A stretch of DNA of 64,000 bases from Pseudobdellovibrionaceae bacterium (GCA_030591685.1 JAUVAX010000010.1:1-64000); one strand, 5' to 3'; shown: positions 51,765 to 61,234, numbered from the stretch's first letter. Notes: generated by a model from the sequence alone, not told the origin. Numbers and translations are program-made.

Positions 51765-52276
51765 TAAACCAACTTATTTGTGGCTTTTAGGCGTTCAGCA
51801 ATAAGTATTGAAAGCGATTGGTATATTTTCGAGGAAATCTCAGGCTCTGATGAAATCAATTTATCAAGTCCCTTCCTAAACAAGGCAAGAACTTTTGTAG
51901 GTTTTGTTGCTCTAGCGGAGGCTGATCGAGGGGAGTTGTCCAGCAAGGCCAGTTCTCCAAAAAAGGTACCATCTTCAAGGAGTGCAAGTTGAACTTTTTT
52001 TTCTTGCTCATTTATGATTTCAATTGAAACCTCACCTTCTTGAATTATAAAAATTGCGGCGCCTGGTTGGCCTTGCTCAAAAATACATTCATTAGGCTCA
52101 TACCTGCGGGTGTGTAGTACTTTTGTGAGTAATTTTAACTGATAGGGAACTAAACTTTCAAATAGCGGTATTTTTTGTAATACCTCTAGCGTTGATTTTT
52201 GCTCGCTACTAATTCTTCGATGAAATATATTCTTCCATAGGAGACTATGGGCTGTAGTTTCGTTTTGTTGACTCAT
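51764..52276 (-). CDS. Stand-alone cyclic nucleotide-binding domain protein
   Basis: IFEQGQPG, FGELALLDNSPRSASA; AAGGA RBS before ATG 52276. Confidence 0.9.
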   Translation of the reverse strand: MSQQNETTAHSLLWKNIFHRRISSEQKSTLEVLQKIPLFESLVPYQLKLLTKVLHTRRYEPNECIFEQGQPGAAIFIIQEGEVSIEIINEQEKKVQLALLEDGTFFGELALLDNSPRSASARATKPTKVLALFRKGLDKLISSEPEISSKIYQSLSILIAERLKATNKLV

Positions 52277-52942
52277 GGTTGCAAATCCTTTTTGTGCCTT
52301 ATGTTTTATCGGTATTTTAAGCTTAAGAATCAACGGATTTACGTCTAGCTCAAGTCAGATGTAATGCTGAAATCTTAAGTCAGGAGCCTAGTGTTTAGTT
52401 ATTAAGCCTATAGTCGTGTCATTTGCAGCCCCGTGGTTTAAGTATGAACTTATACATTACGTTTACAGGGCTTTTGATAAATAACAGTTAATCTGAGTTT
52501 AAAAAACCATGATTAACTCTAAATAATGATTACCGTGATTTAACCAGGTTTATGGAGTTCTAATGAGATGGCTTGAACTCTTTACGATCGTTACCTGAAT
52601 CGAACTGTAGATCTTCTTGTAAGTTCCCTAAAGTAACACTGAGGCCCTTTGTTAGTTCAAATTAACAGGGATAAAATTTTTTACAAAATAAAAGTGAGAT
52701 GCGCCCAATAAATGCTAATGGCATGTCCGGGCCCTCTACCTTACGGTGTTCTATATTGATAATACTGTCAGCATCTCACTTTAGCTCAGTTTTTTGAAAT
52801 TTGATCGCCTCTGGAGTGTTTTAGTACACTTACGAGTCATACTGATTCATAGGAGTTAATATATTCTAAATAATTGAGTAAAATAGCTAATCTTTAGTCG
52901 TTAAAAGACCGTTTAATATTGTATGTGTAAGGGAGTAAAATA

Positions 52943-54280
52943 ATGAAGCTGCGTGGTAAGAAGCTGCTTATACTTTGTGATAAAAAAGATAGCTTTGAAA
53001 GCCTTGAGGCTTACTTAGCTCATAAGGGTGTTTACATTAAATTAATAACATCTGTTGAGGGTTATTTTAAAGCTTTACAGGAGTTTGAGCCTCATTATTG
53101 TTTGGTCAGTATTGATAATAAGGACCCCTACGTTTCTGACTTAATTGAAAACTTAAGAAAGGCAGAATTTATTGTTATCCCAACGGCTGAGACACATAAT
53201 CTTGAGGCCAGCAAAAGAATTGATGAGTATGAAATTGAATACTCCTTGTTTCCGCCTATTAACGGGCAAAAATTAGAAAATATATTAATGTTTTTAGAGA
53301 AAAAACAAGAGTCTGAGTCTGAAACTCTGCGATCTTTAAAGTATGAGAAAAAAGAAAAGCTACAGGCAAAAGACAGTCTTGATTATACAAAAGAAGAGAG
53401 CAAAAGTTTAAAAGAGATTCAGGAGCTATTTTATGAGACCAAAAACAACTCTGAAAAAGTAAGCGAACCCGATGACGTTGCATTAATTAAGAAGGCCATT
53501 GAGTACGAAATGAAGGATGGCAATGCGCCGACCGAGGAGAGCTCAGAGGAGCCTCTAGAGGAGCCGCCAGAGTTCACTCACAGCGGAATTATAGAGGTTG
53601 AACCTAAGGTGGTTAAGGAGATTGATCGCCTTTTTAATGACTCTATGAGTTCAATTAAGGGGTGCAAAAAAGTTGAACCACCTGAGTCCTTAAGGTCGAC
53701 AAGGGACTTCACTGTCTACGCTATAACAACTGAAAAAATGAGTGGGTACATCCTGACCACAGTGGATGCAGCTGTTGGAGATACAAAGGAACAAACTAAA
53801 ATTGAAGGTAAATTTGTAGAGTCACTTACTCGCTCTGTTGACGGACCTTTTGAGCTACAAAGGCTCACTTTGAGCTTTGAAGAATTTGACTTTAAAGACT
53901 GGATAGAGACCTATGATGGTGTTCTTAAGAGTTTTCAGCTTCAGGATATGGTTGTCTCATGGGCCTTTTTACAAAAGACTGAAAATGATTTAATTATGAG
54001 CTCTACAGAGCGTGAGGACATGGTGGGAGTTAACCTCTCTGAAATCACCCCTGAGGTGAAGGCCAAGAATGATCTGTATTTGCATCTTCCAAGTAATAAT
54101 AAATTTTTACTGTACACAAAAGAGGGTAACAATATTGCTTCTAATCAATTTTTGCGATTAAATAAATTTCAGATAAAAGAAATGCACATTAAAAAGGATG
54201 ATATTGATAAATTTAAAGACTACAAGGTTGAAAAAGAAATCACCTCAATGGTAAAAGGTCATAAAAAAGACGCCGCCTAA
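52943..54280 (+). CDS. Protein with degenerate receiver-like N-terminus, acidic linker and uncharacterised C-terminal domain
   Basis: GGGAG RBS; KLLILCD...PHYCLVS receiver-like pattern; DLYLHLPSNNKF. Confidence 0.6.
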   Translation: MKLRGKKLLILCDKKDSFESLEAYLAHKGVYIKLITSVEGYFKALQEFEPHYCLVSIDNKDPYVSDLIENLRKAEFIVIPTAETHNLEASKRIDEYEIEYSLFPPINGQKLENILMFLEKKQESESETLRSLKYEKKEKLQAKDSLDYTKEESKSLKEIQELFYETKNNSEKVSEPDDVALIKKAIEYEMKDGNAPTEESSEEPLEEPPEFTHSGIIEVEPKVVKEIDRLFNDSMSSIKGCKKVEPPESLRSTRDFTVYAITTEKMSGYILTTVDAAVGDTKEQTKIEGKFVESLTRSVDGPFELQRLTLSFEEFDFKDWIETYDGVLKSFQLQDMVVSWAFLQKTENDLIMSSTEREDMVGVNLSEITPEVKAKNDLYLHLPSNNKFLLYTKEGNNIASNQFLRLNKFQIKEMHIKKDDIDKFKDYKVEKEITSMVKGHKKDAA

Positions 54281-54365
54281 GTAAATTCTATTGTAAATTC
54301 GGCATTTAAACCCCATCATAGTATCGAGTATCAAATAAGGTAATATTAAATAAGGCATTAGTGAT

Positions 54366-56057
54366 TTGTTAGATCAAAAACGAATTATTGTATACACATC
54401 CGGCGGTGCAAATGCTGAACGGTTGGCGTTATTACAGAGTCTGTGTAATGACCCTGAAATAAAGATCATTGCTATTGTACAAGATAATTTTCGACTTTTT
54501 GGGTTAAAAAAAATTAAATTTCTATTTCAAAAATGGGGAGCTTTTGAATTTACTCGTTCAGTAAGCTTTCAAATGGCCAGGACTTTTTTTAGAAAAGTAT
54601 TCAGCAGTTTTGAGGCCTGGCATAATATTTTTGTTCCAATTCAACATAATCACTCTTATATGAAGTTTTGTAAATTACATTCTATTGAACTGTGGAAGGT
54701 TAAAGATATTAATTTAAAAGATAATACGGATAGATTAAAAGCATATAAGGCTGAGCTAGGTATAATTTTAGGTGGTCGCATTTTAAAACAACATGTACTG
54801 ATGGCCCCCAAAAAAGGAACTTTAAATATACATAAACATGATGCGAGGGCTTTTCGTGGTGGTTCACAGCTTGGGTTTATAGAGAAATTCAAAGGTGAAT
54901 CTAAAATTTGTGTCACCATTCATTTTGCAGTTTCAAAGGTAGATGCAGGGGACATTTTAGAGCTTGAGTGCATACCTATTGAAAAATATGACACCAATGA
55001 GAGCCTTTCAATTAAGGCTGGGCTATTAGGCAATAAGCTTTATTTAAAAGCAATTAAAGATACTTTGTCAGGTCAAGAGGTTAGGGTGCCCCAGGATTTA
55101 TCAAAAGGGGCCACTTATTACACCTCTCCTTATTGGCCGAGGTATAGGTTGTGGTCAAAAGTTAAAAAGCAGCAATTACAAGCCATCAATAAGGAGAGCC
55201 CAAGAGGGCCTTCAAGAAAAGCTAAAAAAATATTTTTTTATATAAGGCAATTGTATTTTTATTTAGCGCTCCCACTTTTAGCAAGAAAAAGACGAAACCT
55301 AGAGAAACATGGAAAGGCCCCTATCATTATCTTTTATTACCATGGAATTGGTAATTCAATGGAAAACTGGATGATGTTGCCTATAGAAACATTATGGAAG
55401 CAAATGGAGTATGCAAAAAAATATTTTAAAATAATAAGTCTCGGTGAGGCCGTTGAAAAGCTAAAAAGTGGTAGGAATGATAAAACGTCTGTCGTCTTTA
55501 CTTTTGACGATGGGTATAGAAGTTGCTTCACTCAGTTGAAGCCTCTTTTAGAAACATATAAAGTCCCAGCAACCTTTTTTGTTTGTTCTGAGTCTGCAAA
55601 ACATCAAGTTTCACATAGGCATGACTTTGACAAGGGATATCATGACGTGCAATTAATGACATCTCAACAAATTCTTGAGTCTTATAATTCTGGAATTGAA
55701 ATCGGTAGTCATGCGGAAAACCATGAAAACATGGCGAGCCTTAGTGACGAAAATTGTGAGCGAGTTCTTTTAGGTAGTAAAAATTCAATTGAAAATATCA
55801 TTAATAACGAAGTTTTATTTTTTTCTTACCCCTTTGGATCAATGAAACATCTCTCTAACTTTTCTATAAATGAGGCTCGTAAACATTACTCCGCTGTGTT
55901 TTCAGCTTATGGTGGATATAACATCCCGGATAAAGAGGACTTTCACTATCAAAGAATTGCCAACCCCGTTGAGCTGGCTTCGTTTAAAGCTATTGTGAAT
56001 GGTGTTCATCGATTTAAGCCCTATTATATGTGTCGACCAAAAAAATTTAATTCTTAG
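54366..56057 (+). CDS. Formyltransferase - polysaccharide deacetylase fusion protein
   Basis: LNIH...FRGG and HFAVSKVDAGDI; TFDDGY, GSHAENH, FSYPFG. Confidence 0.85.
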   Translation: MLDQKRIIVYTSGGANAERLALLQSLCNDPEIKIIAIVQDNFRLFGLKKIKFLFQKWGAFEFTRSVSFQMARTFFRKVFSSFEAWHNIFVPIQHNHSYMKFCKLHSIELWKVKDINLKDNTDRLKAYKAELGIILGGRILKQHVLMAPKKGTLNIHKHDARAFRGGSQLGFIEKFKGESKICVTIHFAVSKVDAGDILELECIPIEKYDTNESLSIKAGLLGNKLYLKAIKDTLSGQEVRVPQDLSKGATYYTSPYWPRYRLWSKVKKQQLQAINKESPRGPSRKAKKIFFYIRQLYFYLALPLLARKRRNLEKHGKAPIIIFYYHGIGNSMENWMMLPIETLWKQMEYAKKYFKIISLGEAVEKLKSGRNDKTSVVFTFDDGYRSCFTQLKPLLETYKVPATFFVCSESAKHQVSHRHDFDKGYHDVQLMTSQQILESYNSGIEIGSHAENHENMASLSDENCERVLLGSKNSIENIINNEVLFFSYPFGSMKHLSNFSINEARKHYSAVFSAYGGYNIPDKEDFHYQRIANPVELASFKAIVNGVHRFKPYYMCRPKKFNS

Positions 56058-56112
56058 CCGATGTAATCTGATGGTCATTTGAGGGCCTGCGTGCTTTGGG
56101 TGATGAGAGGCC

Positions 56113-57123
56113 TTAATCATCACTCCATTTAAATAATATAGATGTAAGGGTAATGAGGATAGCGCTAGAGACTAGCATAATGGCAACACTAGGCCATACA
56201 TCTACGAGTGTTTTACCTTCAATCATAATGGCTCTTGTAGCGTCGACTAAGTGTGTGAGAGGAATGGCTTTAGAGAATAAAATGATACCTGGGTGGGCCC
56301 CTTCTAAACTAAACCAGACTCCAGAGAGCATCATCATGGGCCATGAGATAATATTTAACACCCCATCAGCAAACTCCTTACTTGTTGTTCTTGCTGAAAC
56401 AATTAGACCAAATGAAATTAAACAAGTAATGCCAACCGTGTAGACGACAACAAGGTCAAAATAGGACCCCTTCATACTAAAATCAATCATGAGCTTAGAA
56501 CCTAAAAATACAATAATAGTAACGCCAAATGCGACAATATACCTTGAAAACACCTGTCCGAGTAAGTACTGATAAGCTTTAAGTGGAGTGGCTTTAAGGC
56601 GTTTTAGAAACCCATTTTGACGATATTTAACAATAATATACCCAACACCCCAAAGACAATTGAACATTAAATTCATAGCAAGGATCCCTGGAAAGACCCA
56701 GTCTAGGTAAGAGATCTCGCGCTCTTTAATGACCCGTTGAGTGACAGGTGTGGACGTCATATTAATCAGTAATTTCTCAAGAATATATCCATTTTTAGAG
56801 GTACTATTGACCCAATATTCAAGATGAGTCGGGTCAGTGACGTCTATGCTTAAGTCAATTTTATGCTTTCTTGTTTTTTCAAGAGCTTGTTTTTGACTCA
56901 TTTCGTGTAGGGCTAAGTTTTTAAGTTTAAAGAACTCATGTGTACTTACATTTTTAACAGGGCCAATAATGGCCACTTGAAAAAGGTCTTTTTTGTCTTT
57001 AGAGAAAATAAACGAAAAAGCAAAAATAATAAAAAAAGGAAAAATAAAGTTCCAACCCAATGAGGCCTTGTCACGGTAAAATTCTTTGGTTCGCGCAGAG
57101 ATGATGGCTATGATTTTCTTCAC
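56113..57123 (-). CDS. ABC-2 type transporter permease
   Basis: FPGILAM, GFLKRLKATP, SGVWFS, PLTH. Confidence 0.92.
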   Translation of the reverse strand: MKKIIAIISARTKEFYRDKASLGWNFIFPFFIIFAFSFIFSKDKKDLFQVAIIGPVKNVSTHEFFKLKNLALHEMSQKQALEKTRKHKIDLSIDVTDPTHLEYWVNSTSKNGYILEKLLINMTSTPVTQRVIKEREISYLDWVFPGILAMNLMFNCLWGVGYIIVKYRQNGFLKRLKATPLKAYQYLLGQVFSRYIVAFGVTIIVFLGSKLMIDFSMKGSYFDLVVVYTVGITCLISFGLIVSARTTSKEFADGVLNIISWPMMMLSGVWFSLEGAHPGIILFSKAIPLTHLVDATRAIMIEGKTLVDVWPSVAIMLVSSAILITLTSILFKWSDD

Positions 57124-57124
57124 G

Positions 57125-58054
57125 CTAGTTCCTTGTTTTCTTTCCGGTGAGATCTAAAAATAAATCATCAAGGGTTTGTTTTTTAATTTCAACAGAGGAA
57201 ATATCAATATTTTTAGAGAGGAGATACTTTATAGAATCCCTCACATTATCAGTATGAAATTCAATTCGCTCATAGTTGGTATAGGTTTCGTAAGGAAAGT
57301 CCAAAGGCAGTAGAATGTTTTTATCCAGTGAAATATGCGCCCCTGAATAGTGTTTTTCTAAAAGCTTTCTTGGGGGTCCCTGAGCAATGATTTGACCTTT
57401 ATCAATAATGGCTATTTCGTCACATAAGATATAGGCTTCTTCCATGTAGTGTGTTGTTAATAATATGGTTTTCTTTTTATCTTTTTTAAGGTGGGTTATG
57501 AGGTCCCAAAAGTGTCTTCGAGATTGTGGGTCAAGGCCTGTTGTGGGTTCATCTAAAAATAAAATTTCTGGATCATTAAGCAGTGCTATAGCCAGCAGTG
57601 CTCGTTGCCTTTGGCCCCCTGAAATTTTTTGAGTATCTTGGTTTATAAAATCATTCAATTGGCAGGTTTCTATGATTTGATCTAGAGGTATAGTTTTTTT
57701 AAAAAAACTTTCAAATAGCTTTAGAGCCTCTAGGACGGTGAGGTGATCTTGAAGGCTTGTCGATTGAAACTGTATTCCTATGATGTCTTTGAAGTTTTTG
57801 TCTATAGGCTTTTGATTATAATATATTTCACCGCTTGTAGGTTTTTTGAGGCCCTCTATGATTTCAATAGTGGTGGATTTGCCGGCTCCATTAGGTCCTA
57901 ATAGTCCGTAACATAATCCTGTAGGAATGCTGAGGGTTAAATTATTGACAGCCGTTAAGGATCCATATTTTTTAACTAAATTTTTGATTTCAAGCACTTG
58001 TAGGGGGTCCTTAAGAGGGTCTGTGGATATACTTTTAGTCGTCATTATGGGCAT
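57125..58054 (-). CDS. ABC transporter ATP-binding protein
   Basis: GPNGAGKST, SGGQRQR, LDEPTTGLDP, TTHYMEEA. Confidence 0.95.
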   Translation of the reverse strand: MPIMTTKSISTDPLKDPLQVLEIKNLVKKYGSLTAVNNLTLSIPTGLCYGLLGPNGAGKSTTIEIIEGLKKPTSGEIYYNQKPIDKNFKDIIGIQFQSTSLQDHLTVLEALKLFESFFKKTIPLDQIIETCQLNDFINQDTQKISGGQRQRALLAIALLNDPEILFLDEPTTGLDPQSRRHFWDLITHLKKDKKKTILLTTHYMEEAYILCDEIAIIDKGQIIAQGPPRKLLEKHYSGAHISLDKNILLPLDFPYETYTNYERIEFHTDNVRDSIKYLLSKNIDISSVEIKKQTLDDLFLDLTGKKTRN

Positions 58055-58306
58055 TAGGCAAGATATTTTTAAATTTATTTTATAGCTATATTTTTTAGGC
58101 TGAGAGGTTAAAAGTAGAGCTGTATTTACTAAGGTAAAAGTACCAGGACTAAGTAGGGGGAGAAAGGGTAAAAGTAAACAGTAATTGATATAACTGGCTG
58201 TTTTTTGTAAACTTAAATGATTATTGGGGCATAAATAGTGTATGTGTATACCCCTCTTATGCTTTAAACATTAAAAGTCCTTGAGGCTTAATAAAGGGGT
58301 GAAAAA

Positions 58307-58699
58307 ATGAGTAATGAAGACCCAAAAGGTGACCTAGCCACAAGGACTCTGGCCATGCCTAAGGACACCAACGTTCATGGCGATATTTTTGGCGGCTGGT
58401 TGCTATCACAAATGGATATTGCGGGCAGTTTAATTGCTGCAAAAACAATTAAATCAAAAGTTGTTACCGTGGCCGTAGATCAAATGAACTTTCACTTTCC
58501 CGTATACGTAGGTGATGTTGTTTGCTGTTATGGAGATGTGACAAAGGTCGGCACAACATCAATAGCTATTAAAGTAGAGGCTTTTGTTGTGCGTAAGTTC
58601 TCATCAGACAGGACCAAGGTCACTGAAGGAGTATTTACTTACGTTAATATAGATGACAAGGGCCAACCTAAACCAATTAGTGAAGAGTTTAAAAAATAA
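58307..58699 (+). CDS. yciA: Acyl-CoA thioesterase (hotdog fold)
   Basis: AMPKDTNVHGDIFGGWLLSQMD. Confidence 0.92.
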   Translation: MSNEDPKGDLATRTLAMPKDTNVHGDIFGGWLLSQMDIAGSLIAAKTIKSKVVTVAVDQMNFHFPVYVGDVVCCYGDVTKVGTTSIAIKVEAFVVRKFSSDRTKVTEGVFTYVNIDDKGQPKPISEEFKK

Positions 58700-59170
58700 A
58701 TGGCTCGAAACTATATAACCCCAGAGGGAATTTTAAAATTAAAAGAGGAGTTTAAAGAACTTCATCAGGTTGAGCGCCCGGCTTTAGTTAAAGTTATTGA
58801 GTGGGCGGCGAGCAATGGGGACCGTAGTGAAAATGCAGATTACATTTATGGAAAACGAAGGTTAAGGCAAATAGATGGCCGACTACGAGTGTTAATAAAA
58901 AAGATTGAGGCTGCTGAAGTGATCGACCCTATGACTCTAAAGTCAGAGAAAGTAATTTTTGGCGCGTCGGTTGCCGTTGAGGATGAAGAGGGCGAGCAAA
59001 AGAAATACAAAATAGTAGGTGAAGATGAGTATGACCCTGCGAATTTTAAAATTTCATGGCGTTCACCCCTTGCAACAGCTCTTTTGGGTAAATGTGTAGA
59101 TGATGAAATTACTTTAAAAATGCCAAAAGGAGATAAGTTTTATAGAATTTTAAGTATTGAGTTTGTTTAA
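58700..59170 (+). CDS. greB: Transcription elongation factor GreB
   Basis: WAASNGDRSENADYIYGKRRLR, ISWRSP. Confidence 0.95.
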   Translation: MARNYITPEGILKLKEEFKELHQVERPALVKVIEWAASNGDRSENADYIYGKRRLRQIDGRLRVLIKKIEAAEVIDPMTLKSEKVIFGASVAVEDEEGEQKKYKIVGEDEYDPANFKISWRSPLATALLGKCVDDEITLKMPKGDKFYRILSIEFV

Positions 59171-59266
59171 ATAAAAATGACTTATGAATGAATTATAAAA
59201 AATAAGTCAGTTATGCTTAGACGAGATTGTAATAAAATTATAGAGTTTTTTGTTTTAAGAGGATGC

Positions 59267-60601
59267 ATGAGTCAATTATTTATTATTATATTAGCAAGTT
59301 TCATTTCAGGTTGCTTTTGGTCTGATGATTTCAGAAGTATAGAAACAATTAAGAACTCAGGTCAACTCACTGTTCTTACTCGAAGCTCAAGTACAACATT
59401 TTATAGAAATAAAGAGGGATTGTTCGCAGGCTTTGAATTTGAACTCGCAAGCTTGTATGCAAAGCATATTGGTGTTGAGTTAAAAATGATCAATGTCCCA
59501 TCTTTTGAAATAGTTCTCTCCGGAGTTAAAGAGGGACGAGGCGATATAGCCGCTGCGAGCTTAACTAAAACAGCTGAAAGGTTGAAAGATTACTCAGCAA
59601 GTAGGCCTATTAATACAATTCGTCAAAAACTAGTGTGCCACCCCAGTTTTAAGGGCGAAAGTTTTAAGGATATTATTGGTAAAAAATTAGTTGTTGTTGA
59701 CGGCTCCAGTTATGATGAACGCTTAAAATGGTTAAAAAAAGTTAAATACCCTAACCTCAAGTGGTCGACAATTGATAACCTTTCATCAGATCAGGTTCTA
59801 CAACTTGTTTGGGAGGGTGGGCCTGATTGTACGGTTTTAGACTCTAACATTGCACAGGTACAAAAACGCTTTATGCCTGAGTTGAGAATAATAGATGACG
59901 TCTCTGAGGACCAAGACATTGTTTGGTACACGAACAAGAAAAACTCCCCATTGATGGCGTCAATCAACAAGTGGCTTCAACAAGAGGACACGAAGGCCAA
60001 TGTTGAGCGGCTGACATCAAGGTATTATGGTGAGTTTGGTGGAGGGTATAAGTATAATTTAAAATCCTTTGTCTTACGAATAAAAGCTGATTTAAAAAAG
60101 TATAAAAAACTTTTTGTATCAACAGGTCAGAGGTATGATATACCCTGGCAACTGATCGCGGCGGCCTCTTACCAGTTGTCCAATTGGGATGAGAGAGCCT
60201 TTCACCCCTCTGGTGGAAAGGGCTTGATGCTAATCACCAAGGCAATGATTAATAAAGCAAGTACTGGAGACCCATTGGACCCTGGGCGCAATATTGTAAT
60301 AGGGGTCAGTCACCTAAAGGCTCTAATGAATGATATGCCCATATCTATCCCCCCTAATGAGAGGCTTTGGCTTGCACTGGCTGCGTATAATATTGGGTGG
60401 CATCATATAGAGGATGCTCGTAAAATTGCCGCAGGGTTAAATTATAACCCCAATACATGGAATGGGGTTAAAAAGGCACTCCCGCTACTTTCACAGAAGC
60501 ACTATTATAAAGATTTAAAATATGGTTTTGCACAAGGGGTTGAGCCCCTCCTGTTTGTAAAACGAATTAAACAGTACTATAATGTTTTAAAAAAACAGTA
60601 A
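59267..60601 (+). CDS. MltF-like lipoprotein (SBP_bac_3 + SLT domain), catalytic Glu substituted
   Basis: Lipobox ISGC; GFEFEL; AAYNIG, DAR, YGFAQG; YQLSNW in place of YQESxW. Confidence 0.85.
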   Translation: MSQLFIIILASFISGCFWSDDFRSIETIKNSGQLTVLTRSSSTTFYRNKEGLFAGFEFELASLYAKHIGVELKMINVPSFEIVLSGVKEGRGDIAAASLTKTAERLKDYSASRPINTIRQKLVCHPSFKGESFKDIIGKKLVVVDGSSYDERLKWLKKVKYPNLKWSTIDNLSSDQVLQLVWEGGPDCTVLDSNIAQVQKRFMPELRIIDDVSEDQDIVWYTNKKNSPLMASINKWLQQEDTKANVERLTSRYYGEFGGGYKYNLKSFVLRIKADLKKYKKLFVSTGQRYDIPWQLIAAASYQLSNWDERAFHPSGGKGLMLITKAMINKASTGDPLDPGRNIVIGVSHLKALMNDMPISIPPNERLWLALAAYNIGWHHIEDARKIAAGLNYNPNTWNGVKKALPLLSQKHYYKDLKYGFAQGVEPLLFVKRIKQYYNVLKKQ

Positions 60602-60610
60602 GGAACTATT

Positions 60611-61234
60611 TTGCCCCCAACAAAAAGTCAGAAAAGTAAAACTTCTAAAGTGAGTATTAAAAAAAAAGTAACGCTGAAGACTAATGCTAAAAAGAAATCT
60701 AAAAAAAAGATTTCGCGAATTCCTATAGCCAAGTCAAAAGCCTCATTGAAAGTTGATCGGCCTGAGAAATTATTTAAACTAAAGGCCGCTTCATTGAAGA
60801 TCACAGTGAGTGCAACGGGGCAGCAGAGTTTTTGTTTAAAAAACTTTTTAGGACAAAAAGTTGTTCTTTATTTTTACCCCAAGGACCTCACCCCAGGGTG
60901 CACTGTTGAAGGACAAGACTTTAACTCATTATATAATAAATTTAAAAACAGCAACACTGTTATACTTGGAGTGTCGAGAGACACAGTGTCCCTGCATGAA
61001 AGATTTAAGGAAAAGTACGGCTTTAAATTTGAACTTCTCTCAGATAAAGACGAAAAACTATGCAAAGCTTTTGATGTTATTAAACTAAAAAAACTTTATG
61101 GGAGAGAATATTTAGGGGTTGATCGATCGACCTTTGTTATTGATGAGTCGGGAAAGATCATACAGCAATGGCGAGGAGTAAAAGTTAAAGGTCATGCCAA
61201 AGAGGTATTAGAGTTCATTAAGGCCATCGGCTGA
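60611..61234 (+). CDS. bcp: Peroxiredoxin (Bcp/PrxQ) with Lys-rich N-terminal extension
   Basis: YFYPKDLTPGCTVE, RSTFVID; AGGA RBS before TTG 60611. Confidence 0.88.
   Translation: MPPTKSQKSKTSKVSIKKKVTLKTNAKKKSKKKISRIPIAKSKASLKVDRPEKLFKLKAASLKITVSATGQQSFCLKNFLGQKVVLYFYPKDLTPGCTVEGQDFNSLYNKFKNSNTVILGVSRDTVSLHERFKEKYGFKFELLSDKDEKLCKAFDVIKLKKLYGREYLGVDRSTFVIDESGKIIQQWRGVKVKGHAKEVLEFIKAIG

Noticed and set aside
52380..52445. Possible c-di-GMP-I or cobalamin riboswitch fragments
   Set aside because: Isolated short matches only; the GAAA tetraloop/receptor and B12-box context are absent
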